64,000 bases of DNA, taken from the NCBI GenBank assembly GCA_963662275.1, contig OY759316.1:3168001-3232000 (forward strand), given 5' to 3'. The DNA comes from Candidatus Cloacimonadales bacterium. Its GTDB lineage: Bacteria; Cloacimonadota; Cloacimonadia; Cloacimonadales; DAONDQ01. The notes under the pieces were generated by a model. It was not told the origin of the DNA and ran no database searches. It saw only the letters and a program-made list of their open reading frames with translations. Both the position numbers and the translations under genes were made by a program. Below, piece by piece: positions 10,598-23,506 of the stretch; position 1 is the first letter of the stretch, and every line of letters begins with the position of its first letter.

Positions 10598-10824
10598 TTA
10601 ATTAAGTGGAATAAATGGGGTTTATGAATAAATTCATTAGTAATGTTGTTTGGTGGCTACTCCTATAGTAAGCTGTGTGGAAATCACTTGTAGCAACTCC
10701 TTTAGGCTGTGTGAAGGCGACTTCAGGCGGTGGATGCTCTGCAGAAAAGCAACGTAAACGATGTTGCCACGATTCCAGAAGTAATCACCACCGTTGGATT
10801 TCAAATCTCCAATGCTATTATTGT

Positions 10825-11799
10825 TTACATCCTACTCACGATATCTTTTATCAGTGTTGGCAAATAAGCATCAAAAGCGATGTTAGTTAAATCTCGAGCG
10901 GATTCATAAGTCTTCAGAGCTTCCATCAGTAGGTGGATATATTCATAACCAAAGGTTTCGCACTTTTCCCGATTCTCATCACCGGTTTTCTGCCCATAAT
11001 ACTTTACCGCCAACCTGTGGGTCATAGCGCGGACAACTCCTTCCTGCAAGAAGGCACCTTCATAAAGAGAGCGGTCATCTTCTTTCAGATCTTTGGCGAT
11101 ACGTATGAAAACATCTTCATCAATCTCATACTCGTTCAGATAAGAATCAATGATGGGATTAACAAATCCATGTCCAAATTCGTGCCAGAGGAAATCCCGT
11201 AAACCAAATTCAGTCCAGTTAGATTGTTTGAGAGGATCATAACCGATTGTACAGGTAACATTCCTGGCATTTCCATACCCCTGTCCTCCACCATATCCTC
11301 CATCCTGGAGCGGTGAAGAAATGAATGAATAGTGGTCGAAACCCATTCCAAAATACGATTCAAGTTCACCTGGGATATCAAATAATACAAGCATCTTTTC
11401 CAACTTTTCAATAATAGACTTGTAATAATCCTGGTGAGTTTCCCAAAACCCCTGGAAGTTACTATCCCTTGCAAAATCCTTCAGCCCACCGTAAAATTGC
11501 ATCCAGTTATCTTTTCCCCATGAACGGTCATAAAAATAAGGAATAGGTTCAGATATCAATTCTAACTCTTTCCTGAATTGCATAAAGTGCATGGAATTAA
11601 TGGGAGCATCATAGCAGAAATGTCCCATAATCGATTGATAAAATTTGACGGCAGGATGCTCGGAATATGCACCGAACCAGGTTTGTGCTTCATCCTTGTA
11701 AGCACATTCTTTAGTTGACAGACGATGATCTCCTGAGACAAACTGTAATACAGACAGCAATTCCATGCGCGGATCAACACTGATTTGAAGAGATTTCAT
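10825..11799 (-). CDS. DUF4932-like protein (HExxH putative metallopeptidase)
   Basis: VDPRMELLS N-terminus, HEFGHGFVNP motif, EGVVRA. Confidence 0.75.
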   Translation of the reverse strand: MKSLQISVDPRMELLSVLQFVSGDHRLSTKECAYKDEAQTWFGAYSEHPAVKFYQSIMGHFCYDAPINSMHFMQFRKELELISEPIPYFYDRSWGKDNWMQFYGGLKDFARDSNFQGFWETHQDYYKSIIEKLEKMLVLFDIPGELESYFGMGFDHYSFISSPLQDGGYGGGQGYGNARNVTCTIGYDPLKQSNWTEFGLRDFLWHEFGHGFVNPIIDSYLNEYEIDEDVFIRIAKDLKEDDRSLYEGAFLQEGVVRAMTHRLAVKYYGQKTGDENREKCETFGYEYIHLLMEALKTYESARDLTNIAFDAYLPTLIKDIVSRM

Positions 11800-11841
11800 A
11801 ATTTCTTTACTCCCAATATAAGCTGGAAAGATAACTCTGCC

Positions 11842-11991
11842 GGGTTTGAACTTCCCTGAAAACTGGTTTTCGCTGCCGGGGATGAAAGGTCAGTTTGAAG
11901 TCCGAATGCCCTTTTAGTCAAGTATTCAATGATAATTTATTTAGGGCATTTGAACTCCAAAATCCTTAGCTTTCATGGAAACTTCAAACCC
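11842..11991 (+). repeat. Modular intergenic repeat family, copy 1 (modules A-B-C)
   Basis: tgaacttccctgaaaac..gaggatgaaag / tgaagtcc..atgccc..gggcat / tgaactcc..ttagctttcatg; shared with 19561, 45529, 62366. Confidence 0.85.
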
Positions 11992-12195
11992 TTAGTTTTC
12001 TTTTTCTTCATCCTTTTCAATAGGGATTCCCCCAGCACCCTTCACACCAAAGAATATACCTAATGCGAACAATACTACAAAGATATATACCTTGATTCCG
12101 GAATACATATTTATAATAATCATGAGTCCGGAGAAAAAGCATAGGAGAGAAAGTGCACTATACATTTTATTCTTCCAATTAAACTTAACTTTCAT
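11992..12195 (-). CDS. Small two-TM membrane protein
   Basis: AGGAGG RBS before ATG at 12195; two hydrophobic segments. Confidence 0.6.
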   Translation of the reverse strand: MKVKFNWKNKMYSALSLLCFFSGLMIIINMYSGIKVYIFVVLFALGIFFGVKGAGGIPIEKDEEKEN

Positions 12196-12317
12196 AGTCA
12201 GAACCTCCTGAGTTTGCTGTAACGCCTTATTCATAATGGCTAAGGTTTGATGAATCAAACCAACCAACGAATGAATTTGTTGCTACGGATTTGAATAAAA
12301 TTATTTGCAAAATAAAG

Positions 12318-12345
12318 GGGAGAAAGTAATCTCTTACTTTCTCCC
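12318..12345 (-). terminator. Intrinsic terminator downstream of gyrA
   Basis: gggagaaagtaa-tctc-ttactttctccc 12-bp stem with A/T flanks. Confidence 0.75.
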
Positions 12346-12364
12346 ATTATTTGTTGATTAGTGT

Positions 12365-14977
12365 TTATTCATCGAAAGTGAATTCATCAGACTCTTCTTT
12401 TTCTTCGATATCTGAATCATCTTCTTCGATCTCATCGTTTATTTCTTCATCAATTTCTTCGTCGATAGCATCATCGTCTTCATCGACATCGGGAGCATCA
12501 GTCCCTTCTTCAATGATTGGAACGGAGTGATCACTCTTGATTTCGTTCTCTTCCGGTTCTTCAGGAATGCGAGTGATATCAAACACCTTATCTTCTTCAT
12601 TCAGGTTGATCAGGCGTACGCCCTGGGTGTTTCTACCGATGGTATTGATATCCCTAACAGCCTGGCGAATGATCATACCGTCTTTCGTGATAATCATCAA
12701 ATCATCTGAGTCTTCCACTTCCATTAAGGCGACAAGATAGCCATTACGCATCGTGGTCTTCAGCGTGATAACACCTTTTGAACCGCGTTTGTGACTGGAA
12801 TAAGCAGAGGAATCCGTGCGCTTTCCATATCCGTTTTCTGAGATGGCAAGAAGTGTATTATCCGTACGAAGCACAACCATCGATACAACAAAATCACCGG
12901 TTCTCAGCCTGATTCCGCGAACACCCTGGGAGTTTCTGCCCATAGAGCGAACATCTGCTTCATTGAAGCGGTTGGAATATCCATCATGAGTAGCTAAGAG
13001 CACATCATTTGAACCTTCGGATACTTTTGCATCGATCAATTCATCTCCATCTACAAGCTTAATGGCAATGATACCGGACGTTCTTGGTCGTGAATACTTC
13101 GAAAGCTGTGTTTTCTTAATCAAGCCGTTGCGAGTACACATCACAATATAATGAGTCTCATCAAAATCCTTCACCGTTACAAAGGCTTTGATCTTTTCTC
13201 CTGATTGTAATGGAATGAGGTTCACCATTGCTTTTCCGCGAGCTTGACGACTGGCTTCCGGAATTTCAAAGACCTTCAGCCAGTAACATTTTCCGAAGTT
13301 CGTGAAGAATAAAATGTAAGAATGTGTAGAAGCCATGAAGATATTCTGAATGAAGTCATCTTCTTTCAGATTCGTTGCAGATTTGCCACGTCCACCACGG
13401 TTTTGAACTGTATATTCATCAAGCTTGATACGTTTTACATATCCTTCATGAGTAATCGTCACGATTACATTTTCTTCCTCAATCAGGTCTTCGATGTTAT
13501 AATCAGCGGAATGCTCTGTGATCCTGGTCTTGCGTGGATCACCGTATTTCGCTTTCATTTCCATTGTTTCATCTCTAATGATCTGCATACGGAGTTCTTT
13601 CTTTTCCAGAATCTCTTTCAGTTTGGCAACAAGAAGAACAAGCTCACGGTATTCAGCTTCAATCTTGTCGCGTTCCATGCCGGTAAGTCTTTGCAGACGC
13701 ATTTCCAGGATAGCTTTCGCCTGGATTTCACTAAGACCGAACTTAGCCTGTAACTGTTCGCTTGCTTCGACGACTGTTGCAGATGCACGGATGGTGGCAA
13801 TCACTTCATCAAGATGATCGAGAGCGATACGCAGACCTTCCAAAATATGGAGTCTTGCTTCTGCATTTCTCAATTCGAACTGAGTACGACGATAAATGAC
13901 TTCATGCCGGAAATCGAGGAATAACTGCAAGAGTGTCTGCATACTGAGAATCTTGGGTTCCCCATTAACCAGGCAAAGATTGATAACACCAAACGTGGAT
14001 TGAAGCGGTGTGTAGTGGAATAGCTGATTTTTTATCGTTTCTCCATCCGCATTACGCTTTACATGGATGACCAGTCGCATACCCTGGCGACCTGATTCAT
14101 CGCGGATATCACTGATGCCTTCGATACGTTTGTCTTTCACCAATTCAGCGATCTTTTCAATCAGCAGGGTCTTGTTCACCATATAGGGTATTTCTGTAAT
14201 TACGATGAGTTCTTTCCCATCTTTATTGATCTCAATATTCGCTTCACCCCTGACACGCAGACGTCCGCGACCTGTTTCGAAGTATTCATGAATACCTGAT
14301 TTACCATTGATTGTTCCACCGGTTGGAAAGTCAGGTCCCTTGATATAATTCAGTAATTCAATGGAAGTCAGTTCAGGATTATCAATCATGGCAATAAGAC
14401 CATCACATACTTCACCAACATTATGAGGAGCCATATTCGTTGCCATACCAACAGCGATACCAGTTGAACCATTAATCAAGAGATTAGGCAATCTTGAGGG
14501 AAATACTTCCGGTTCCTTGCGTGTATCATCATAATTTGGTCTGAAATCAACGGTTTCCTTATCAAGATCATCCAGCATTTCGGTGGTTACTCTTTGCAGA
14601 CGAGCTTCCGTATAACGCATTGCCGCAGGAGGATCACCATCAATGGAACCAAAATTACCCTGTCCATCTACGAGTGGATAACGCATATTCCAGGTTTGTG
14701 CCATACGTACGAGGGTAGGATAGACAACCTGCTCACCGTGTGGATGGTAGTTACCGGATGTATCGCCGGCGATCTTGGCGCATTTACGGAAGTGTCCGCC
14801 GGGGCTGAGATTCAACTCGTGCATGGCAAACAGGATACGTCTCTGGGAAGGTTTGAGACCATCACGGACATCCGGTAGGGCACGAGCAATAATCACGCTC
14901 ATGGAATACTCCAGGTAAGCGCGTTTCATTTCTTCTTCTATCTGCACTGTGATTAGTTTTGATTTATTTTCTATCAT
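12365..14977 (-). CDS. gyrA: DNA gyrase subunit A
   Basis: RALPDVRDGLKP, YHPHGE, AAMRYTE catalytic Tyr, GyrA-box QNRGGRG, acidic tail. Confidence 0.98.
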   Translation of the reverse strand: MIENKSKLITVQIEEEMKRAYLEYSMSVIIARALPDVRDGLKPSQRRILFAMHELNLSPGGHFRKCAKIAGDTSGNYHPHGEQVVYPTLVRMAQTWNMRYPLVDGQGNFGSIDGDPPAAMRYTEARLQRVTTEMLDDLDKETVDFRPNYDDTRKEPEVFPSRLPNLLINGSTGIAVGMATNMAPHNVGEVCDGLIAMIDNPELTSIELLNYIKGPDFPTGGTINGKSGIHEYFETGRGRLRVRGEANIEINKDGKELIVITEIPYMVNKTLLIEKIAELVKDKRIEGISDIRDESGRQGMRLVIHVKRNADGETIKNQLFHYTPLQSTFGVINLCLVNGEPKILSMQTLLQLFLDFRHEVIYRRTQFELRNAEARLHILEGLRIALDHLDEVIATIRASATVVEASEQLQAKFGLSEIQAKAILEMRLQRLTGMERDKIEAEYRELVLLVAKLKEILEKKELRMQIIRDETMEMKAKYGDPRKTRITEHSADYNIEDLIEEENVIVTITHEGYVKRIKLDEYTVQNRGGRGKSATNLKEDDFIQNIFMASTHSYILFFTNFGKCYWLKVFEIPEASRQARGKAMVNLIPLQSGEKIKAFVTVKDFDETHYIVMCTRNGLIKKTQLSKYSRPRTSGIIAIKLVDGDELIDAKVSEGSNDVLLATHDGYSNRFNEADVRSMGRNSQGVRGIRLRTGDFVVSMVVLRTDNTLLAISENGYGKRTDSSAYSSHKRGSKGVITLKTTMRNGYLVALMEVEDSDDLMIITKDGMIIRQAVRDINTIGRNTQGVRLINLNEEDKVFDITRIPEEPEENEIKSDHSVPIIEEGTDAPDVDEDDDAIDEEIDEEINDEIEEDDSDIEEKEESDEFTFDE

Positions 14978-14987
14978 TGAATCCTCC

Positions 14988-16934
<1,947 letters not shown>

Positions 16935-17128
16935 TTATTTATTTTCTAGGGATTAGAGTACATGAAATAGAAAACTGATATTATTCATTAATAGGAGTTA
17001 ATTTCATATATTTCTAATAAATACCTTAGCACAATTTGGGGGATATCTGTCAATAATAAATTGTCATTATTTGCTACTTTTCTTAGATGCCTGAAACACT
17101 GATTATATCTATGTTTAAAACATTTTTA

Positions 17129-17157
17129 TTGACAAGAAATCAAACGCACTTTATAAA
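17129..17157 (+). promoter_or_regulatory. Sigma70-type promoter
   Basis: TTGACA-17 nt-TATAAA upstream of the ORF at 17205. Confidence 0.65.
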
Positions 17158-17204
17158 AAAGATTGATCGTATTGAAATGCCTTCTCATCGAAAAGGAGTT
17201 TCTT

Positions 17205-17909
17205 ATGCTGGATAACATTGACCTGAATAAAATGATGAAAGTAAAACAGGTTGGATTGCTGCTACCCAAGGTGGTAGGTATTGTAAATTCGATTCATCAA
17301 TACTATAAATCAGCTATCCTGTATATTATTATAGCTATCGTTTTGTATAGCCGGTATGATTATCGCCTGATTGCCATTTCCATGTTAGTTATGAATGTCT
17401 TTACATATCTTATTGAAACTTTTTGGAGCAAACCAGAATACCGTAAATTTGTGGATCAATGCAGCAAATTTATGAAAGAGATAACAGGCAGTACTGAGGG
17501 TCATAAAGTATCATCTTCAGCCAAAAATCACTTTAGTAAGGACCTAGTGAAGGATGTGACCCGCATAATTGGCTGGATTGCAATTCCACTTATCTTGTAT
17601 TATTGGTTTGGCAAATGGGATAATATGCATTCAAGGGAATTTGCAATTACCATTATGTTCATATTTGCTATTAATTGGGTAATCCTTAATATCTTCCGAG
17701 CCATCTTACAAGGTAACATTCTCTATGCAGTATCATTATTACCAATCTATTTTATTTTCTGGAAATTGAAGATCGTGAATCGTGATGTGTTATTGTTACT
17801 GCTCCTGATCGGAACAATCTATTACTCTATCACAGCGGTTGTATTATCTATCACCTTTAAGATCGAAAAATACCAACAGAAATTCGAAAAAATTAAGTCA
17901 TCGGATTAG
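17205..17909 (+). CDS. Hypothetical multi-pass membrane protein
   Basis: AAAGGAG RBS before ATG at 17205; several hydrophobic helices. Confidence 0.7.
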   Translation: MLDNIDLNKMMKVKQVGLLLPKVVGIVNSIHQYYKSAILYIIIAIVLYSRYDYRLIAISMLVMNVFTYLIETFWSKPEYRKFVDQCSKFMKEITGSTEGHKVSSSAKNHFSKDLVKDVTRIIGWIAIPLILYYWFGKWDNMHSREFAITIMFIFAINWVILNIFRAILQGNILYAVSLLPIYFIFWKLKIVNRDVLLLLLLIGTIYYSITAVVLSITFKIEKYQQKFEKIKSSD

Positions 17910-17916
17910 AGGAAAT

Positions 17917-18753
17917 TTATCTTTCTTTAAGCTTTAAAGCCAGTTCATAAATCCGGTTCTTTTTCACTCCTGTCAGCTCGGAGACCTGTCTAATGACATC
18001 ACTTTGAGAAAGACCATTGGAAAGTAAATCCTCTAGCAATTTCTCAATATCTTCATTGGTAATAATCGTTGATCCGGCACCGGATACCAAGACCACAAAT
18101 TCCCCTTTTAAAACCATTCCCGAGGCATCATCCAATAAATCGGAGATCTTTCCGCGATAATATGTTTCATAGATCTTGCTGATTTCTCGACCAACTACGA
18201 TATTTCTATCACCAAAGATAGAGAGCCAAGTCTCAAGAGATTTAGTAAGACGATGGGGAGCTTCATAAAAGATCAAAGTTTCTGGATAACTCAAGACGCG
18301 ATGAAGCAGATGCGATTGGTCTTTCTGCTTTTCCGGCATGAAACCAAGAAAACAAAACTGTTCAGAAGGTAAACCGGAAGCTGCAAGGACAGGTACAAAG
18401 GCAGTCGCTCCCGGGAGGCAACAGACTTGGATATCATTAGCAATAGCTTCTTTCACGAAAATATAGGAAGGGTCAGAGATACCGGGTGTTCCGGCATCAG
18501 TGATCAAGGCGATATCCTCTCCCTCGATCAATTTATTTAACCAATTCAAAGAGCGACTTTTCTCATTGAATTTATGATAACTCTGAACCTTGGTTTCGAT
18601 TTCATAATGTTTTAATAAAATAGTAGATTTGCGTGTATCCTCTGCCCCGATCAGTGAGACTTCTTTTAGGATACGAATTGCCCGAAAGGTAATATCCTCA
18701 AGATTTCCGATGGGAGTGGGAACGAGATATAAAATACCTTTATCTTTCATCAA
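17917..18753 (-). CDS. rsmI: 16S rRNA (cytidine1402-2'-O)-methyltransferase
   Basis: LYLVPTPIGNLEDIT, AEDTR, DAGTPGISDP, FYEAPHR, REISK, KGEFVV. Confidence 0.96.
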   Translation of the reverse strand: MMKDKGILYLVPTPIGNLEDITFRAIRILKEVSLIGAEDTRKSTILLKHYEIETKVQSYHKFNEKSRSLNWLNKLIEGEDIALITDAGTPGISDPSYIFVKEAIANDIQVCCLPGATAFVPVLAASGLPSEQFCFLGFMPEKQKDQSHLLHRVLSYPETLIFYEAPHRLTKSLETWLSIFGDRNIVVGREISKIYETYYRGKISDLLDDASGMVLKGEFVVLVSGAGSTIITNEDIEKLLEDLLSNGLSQSDVIRQVSELTGVKKNRIYELALKLKER

Positions 18754-18908
18754 ACTAACACTGGTTTCTAAATGATTTCAATCAACTGACCTGTAATATT
18801 GTCACAGTCGTCTTATCGGTTTGAGTGATATACCAGAGACTAGAAGGTATTTTAAATTTATCGATATCTGTATAATCACTGAAATCAATACAAAAAACGC
18901 AACTAGTA

Positions 18909-19397
18909 TTACTCACCCTCAGCAGTACCCACTACGTCAAATACACGATACAATGGACCTGTGCTAGGCCAATATTCTTTGGGAAAATTAAAATTAGGTT
19001 CTATCAGGAACTCATATTTTCCAGGTTGAGTTTTTATGACAGTAAACGTATCTCTTAATTTATCACCTACCTCCAGGACACCATCGCTATCTAATGTATT
19101 CGAACTAAAAGTGCCTGACTCGTTCTTCACAGAATAGTAAGATTTCACTGAAATTGAAAACAGCGAATTGTTTTCTGAACTATACCTGTAAGAAATTGGA
19201 AATTCACTAATATTCCGTATTTCCAGGATATATTTAACGGGTTCATTAATGGCATATGAATTCTTAACCGTGTCTGTGGAATCTACGATCACACATGTTA
19301 CTTCGAGATAATCTCCCTTCGAAATATCCTGCTGTGCAAATAAACAACTCGCCAACATTCCAAAAACTATGATAATTAAAAGTGTCAGAGCCTTCAT
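18909..19397 (-). CDS. Hypothetical secreted protein (Ig-like, beta-rich)
   Basis: GGAGG RBS, signal peptide, 162 aa. Confidence 0.65.
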   Translation of the reverse strand: MKALTLLIIIVFGMLASCLFAQQDISKGDYLEVTCVIVDSTDTVKNSYAINEPVKYILEIRNISEFPISYRYSSENNSLFSISVKSYYSVKNESGTFSSNTLDSDGVLEVGDKLRDTFTVIKTQPGKYEFLIEPNFNFPKEYWPSTGPLYRVFDVVGTAEGE

Positions 19398-19560
19398 TAT
19401 ATTCCTCCATTTTGATTGAATAACAACTTATCTAGCCAATTTATAAACCAGATTTAGATCAAGTCCAGTATTTTTTCTGACCTGATAATGAAAAAGTAAG
19501 AACTTCTGTTTATCTGTCAAATATTACCTGAGTTTTTTTATCATAATCGCCGATTTTAAA

Positions 19561-19746
19561 ATCCTTTTGCCCTTTTTGTCAGATATTTAATGATAATTAG
19601 TTTGGGCATTTTGAACCTAACTGAAAGCAGGCTTTTGCTACCGAGGATGAAAGATCGGTTTGAAGTCAAATTTTCCTTTTAGCTAGGTGGTTACTGATAG
19701 TTTTGCTTGGGAAATTGAACTCCAAATCCTCAGCTTTCATATAAAG
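19561..19746 (+). repeat. Modular intergenic repeat family, copy 2 (B-A-B-C)
   Basis: tgccc/gggca stem, module A (gctaccgaggatgaaag), ttttcc/gggaaa stem, tgaactcc..agctttcat. Confidence 0.85.
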
Positions 19747-19782
19747 CACGGATAAATGAAAAGAAGAACGGGTTGACTGGTT

Positions 19783-21744
19783 CTAACTCATTCTACTTTC
19801 TGCAAACAGCTCTTCTATACATAGGATGAGAGGCAGATTGTGAAGCGATTTCTCAATAAATTTGACGACTCCCAGTGGTTTCAACTGTTCAATATCATCC
19901 TGTTTGAGCGCTCCGGTAAAAGCGATAGCAGGTAAAGTATATCCTGCATTTCTAATGAATTGCATAGCTTCAATCCCATTCATGCCAATCAGTTTCATAT
20001 CAATTATGATAACATCAAAAGGGTTTTGCGATAATACTTTAATAGCATCTTCCACATTACCTGCACTTTGGAAGCAATGACCTCTTTTTGTGGAAATTCG
20101 TTCAATCAGCATACGGATACTTTCTTCATCATCCAACATCAGGATTCGTACCTTTTTATTATCCTTTTCAAGTGGTGATGTGAGTAATTTTTTAATTTGA
20201 AAGGCGATCTCAACTGAAGAAAAAGGCTTCTGGATAAAAGGAACTCCCGGATCAAGCACACCGTGTCGTTCGATAGCATTATCAGTAAATCCTGACATAA
20301 AAAGAACTTTCTGTTCCGGCAAAATACTACAAATCTTATCAGATAATTCTTTTCCATTCATCTCCGGCATAACAACATCTGTTACGATCAAGTCAGGTTT
20401 AAATCCATCCTTGATCCACCCTAAAGCTTCCATGCTATTCGTAGTATTTGTTACTTCATATCCATATTTTTCGACCATTTTCCTGACTAATTGGCAAAGA
20501 GACTCTTCGTCCTCTACAATCAATACACGTTCTCCATTTCCCATCAGATCATTCTTCAAAAAAGGTTTTTGTTCATCTTCCTTGTTTTCTTGTAAAGCTG
20601 GTAGTAATATTTTTATGGTTGTCCCTTTTCCAGGTTCACTTTCAACAATGATGCTTCCCTCGGATTGTTTTACGATTCCATACACTGTTGAAAGCCCTAG
20701 TCCAAGTCCCTTGCTTCTATCTTTTGTTGTAAAGAAAGGATCAAAAATCTTGCTTTGCAGTTCTTTATCCATACCATAGCCAGTATCAGAGACAGCTATC
20801 ATTGAATATTGTCCAGGTTTCAAGTTGTTAAAAACAGAATTGGATTCTTTATCGCTCATTACATTCATCGTTTCAATCGTAATTTTTCCACCATTCGGCA
20901 TTGCATCTTTTGCATTTACAACCAGTTTGATAATAACTTCTTCGATATGCGTAGGATCTGCGTTCACAGGTGCAAGATCAGTTGCCAGGACAGTAACAAT
21001 CTCAATGTTTTCCCCGAGCAATCGATTCAGCATGTTACTCAGATTATTCACAAGAACATTAAAATCCATTATCTTTGGTTGAATTACATGTTTGCGACTG
21101 AATGTTAATAGCTGGTGAGTCAATTCAGCAGCTTTCTTACCGGCTATGATAATTTCCTCTGCATCTTTATGAAGAGGGCTGCCGGGCTCAAGATTTGAAC
21201 TCAATTCCTCACTATATCCCAGTATTACAGTTAAGAGATTGTTAAAATCATGTGCAATCCCCCCGGCAAGCTGACTAATGGCTTCCATTTTCTGTGAAGC
21301 TGCCAATTGTGCTTCCAATGTTTTCTGAGCTGTGATATCACTCATAAGACCAACGGAACCAATGACCTTGTTATCCTTGTCTCGAATAGGTGTACCACTT
21401 ATTTTAAGCCATATCGTTTCACCGGATAATTTCTTTCCCCTAACTTCATAAGAATCTACAATTCCATCCAGTCTTGATTTGTTTTTTTCTATAATAATAT
21501 GCTTATCATCTTCGTGTATTAAGAATTGGTAACCAATTTTTCCAATTAAATCTTCTGCCTTGTAGCCGTATATATCAGCACATCTTTGATTGATGTACTG
21601 GATCACATCGTCATTATCGACATAAACAACACCTTCGCTCATGGTTTCGACAAGGAGGCGGTATTTTTCTTCACTTTCCTTCAGTGCTTGCTCTGCAGCT
21701 TTCTGTCCTGTTATATCTGACCAAGGTTTGTTTTGGTTTGCCAT
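19783..21744 (-). CDS. Cytoplasmic hybrid sensor kinase (PAS-HisKA-HATPase-REC-REC)
   Basis: PAS/PAC, AGGIAHDFNNLL H-box, NAKDAM, DTGYG, FFTTK, GLGLGL, two receiver domains. Confidence 0.93.
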   Translation of the reverse strand: MANQNKPWSDITGQKAAEQALKESEEKYRLLVETMSEGVVYVDNDDVIQYINQRCADIYGYKAEDLIGKIGYQFLIHEDDKHIIIEKNKSRLDGIVDSYEVRGKKLSGETIWLKISGTPIRDKDNKVIGSVGLMSDITAQKTLEAQLAASQKMEAISQLAGGIAHDFNNLLTVILGYSEELSSNLEPGSPLHKDAEEIIIAGKKAAELTHQLLTFSRKHVIQPKIMDFNVLVNNLSNMLNRLLGENIEIVTVLATDLAPVNADPTHIEEVIIKLVVNAKDAMPNGGKITIETMNVMSDKESNSVFNNLKPGQYSMIAVSDTGYGMDKELQSKIFDPFFTTKDRSKGLGLGLSTVYGIVKQSEGSIIVESEPGKGTTIKILLPALQENKEDEQKPFLKNDLMGNGERVLIVEDEESLCQLVRKMVEKYGYEVTNTTNSMEALGWIKDGFKPDLIVTDVVMPEMNGKELSDKICSILPEQKVLFMSGFTDNAIERHGVLDPGVPFIQKPFSSVEIAFQIKKLLTSPLEKDNKKVRILMLDDEESIRMLIERISTKRGHCFQSAGNVEDAIKVLSQNPFDVIIIDMKLIGMNGIEAMQFIRNAGYTLPAIAFTGALKQDDIEQLKPLGVVKFIEKSLHNLPLILCIEELFAESRMS

Positions 21745-21869
21745 TCAGACTCCTTAGCGACACATTTCAAATTATATGTAAGACCCTTATGCATATAATA
21801 AATTGCTTTTTTTTCGTGTCAAGAAGAATGCTTGTAAGTAGCTGATTCGGACGAACCAAAAAATATAAT

Positions 21870-22949
21870 CTATACTTTCGTTCCAGATTTCCATCGATTA
21901 ATAGCTGAAATCAAGTCTTCATAATTATATTTGGTTTTAGCTAAAAGTTCTTTGACAAGAGCTTCAGAAGTATGATGTTCCTTTTCAACTCTTGTAAGAG
22001 CTTCTTCCCTTGTTACCTGCTTTTCCCGTATAAGACGACTTAACATACCATCTGCATCATTGTATCCCAATGTTTGATAATATAAGAAATTTTTTAATAG
22101 TGCGAGATTACAATCAGATCGCCAAGTTGATGCTGCATGTTCACTTTGCACCCATTTGAATTCTTCATCAAGAGTAGTAGTAATCTCCTTTTCATCCCAA
22201 TGGATGAATTTATAATAAGGAGAAATCGAATCCATACCATTTTTTTTCATTTTTTTTGTATACTTTTCTCCGGATTGGGACATAAATTCATTATAGAAGA
22301 CAGACAGATAGTATGGATTAGACACCCATCTGAGATTCATACTAATGTGTTTAATAAATCCCATCATTAATGATGATTTCGATTTGTCGAAGGGATTTTT
22401 TAAAAAAAGTCTCATTCTATATGGATTTGATTCAAAAGGTGTACTTCCCCAAATAAATACCTTACTATTGCTTTCCTGCATCAATTCAAATATCCCTTTT
22501 CGAAGCCCATATCTGCATCCAGCACATATTCCGGTTATCATTGCAGGATCAATTCTAGAAATCCAAGTCTCAAAATTATGAACAAAAGATTTTGTGAGGT
22601 AATTGTGCTTCTTGATAATTATATCTACGTTCAATTTTTTTGCAATTTTTTTCACGTTTTCCAAAGCAGATTCGCTCATATAACCATTATCAACCGTGAG
22701 TGCAACAACTTTGAGATTAAGTACTTTACTCATGTAATATAATAGGTATGTGCTATCTCTTCCTCCGCTAAATCCTACAGCACAATCGTATTTGGAATTG
22801 TTGTTCTTTGATTTGATATAATCGACTAACTCTTTAGGGTTACGATATTGAATTTTCGGTGTCTCACAACAAAAACTACAGACTCCCTCAGCATTGAAAC
22901 TCAAGCCTAAATAATTATCAGGGAGAATACAACTGTTACATCTGTTCAT
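21870..22949 (-). CDS. N-acetyl sugar amidotransferase-like PP-loop ATPase (WbpG-type)
   Basis: N-terminal CxxC..CxxC, YDCAVGFSGGRDS PP-loop, C-terminal REKQVTREEAL. Confidence 0.8.
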   Translation of the reverse strand: MNRCNSCILPDNYLGLSFNAEGVCSFCCETPKIQYRNPKELVDYIKSKNNNSKYDCAVGFSGGRDSTYLLYYMSKVLNLKVVALTVDNGYMSESALENVKKIAKKLNVDIIIKKHNYLTKSFVHNFETWISRIDPAMITGICAGCRYGLRKGIFELMQESNSKVFIWGSTPFESNPYRMRLFLKNPFDKSKSSLMMGFIKHISMNLRWVSNPYYLSVFYNEFMSQSGEKYTKKMKKNGMDSISPYYKFIHWDEKEITTTLDEEFKWVQSEHAASTWRSDCNLALLKNFLYYQTLGYNDADGMLSRLIREKQVTREEALTRVEKEHHTSEALVKELLAKTKYNYEDLISAINRWKSGTKV

Positions 22950-23177
22950 ATTGTTACCTCTTATAATTTATAAAAGATATCTAATTAATTGCTTATAGCT
23001 TGACAAGTTATTTTTTAAAAATCAATAATGTCAATCCTGATAGCCTTAAAAAGCATCAATTTTGAAGAGGTTTTAATAATCCGTAGAATATCTCCTTACT
23101 ATAAGCGTGATCTCACATTTAACTGATGTTAAATACACTGGAATAATTAAGAAATATCCATAGTATCTGATTTTTCT

Positions 23178-23263
23178 CACATAAGAGCATTACGGTACCA
23201 ATACGGTAGCATTACGGTAGCATTACGGTAAAAAACCGTATTCCAACCGTAATGCTACCGTAT
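23178..23263. repeat. 11-bp (ATTACGGTAGC) tandem array with inverted half; near-identical inverted copy at 45427-45503
   Basis: Direct sequence comparison, about 65 bp with 2 mismatches. Confidence 0.85.
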
Positions 23264-23506
23264 TTCATAAGTAATGCATTTAGTTGAACAGTAATAGCTG
23301 CTTCCAGCAAATTTTCTGCAAATGACTGGGAATTTGGATTTATCGGGATAGTATTTGCTGAGGGGCTAAAAGAATTTGTCCCTCCGCAGATGAAGAATCG
23401 GTGCTCCACATTCTGTAAAATCTTTCCTTGACTAGATTTCGTTTCTTTTTGAGTTGAAATTAACTCATATTTTGCAGAATTAAAATTATAAATAAATGGA
23501 GCCCAT

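Noticed and set aside
11842..11991. Modular repeats as integron attC sites
   Set aside because: No RYYYAAC/GTTRRRY cores, no integrase, and they also flank core genes
12365..12560. Low-complexity acidic repeat at the gyrA 3' end
   Set aside because: Ordinary acidic GyrA tail
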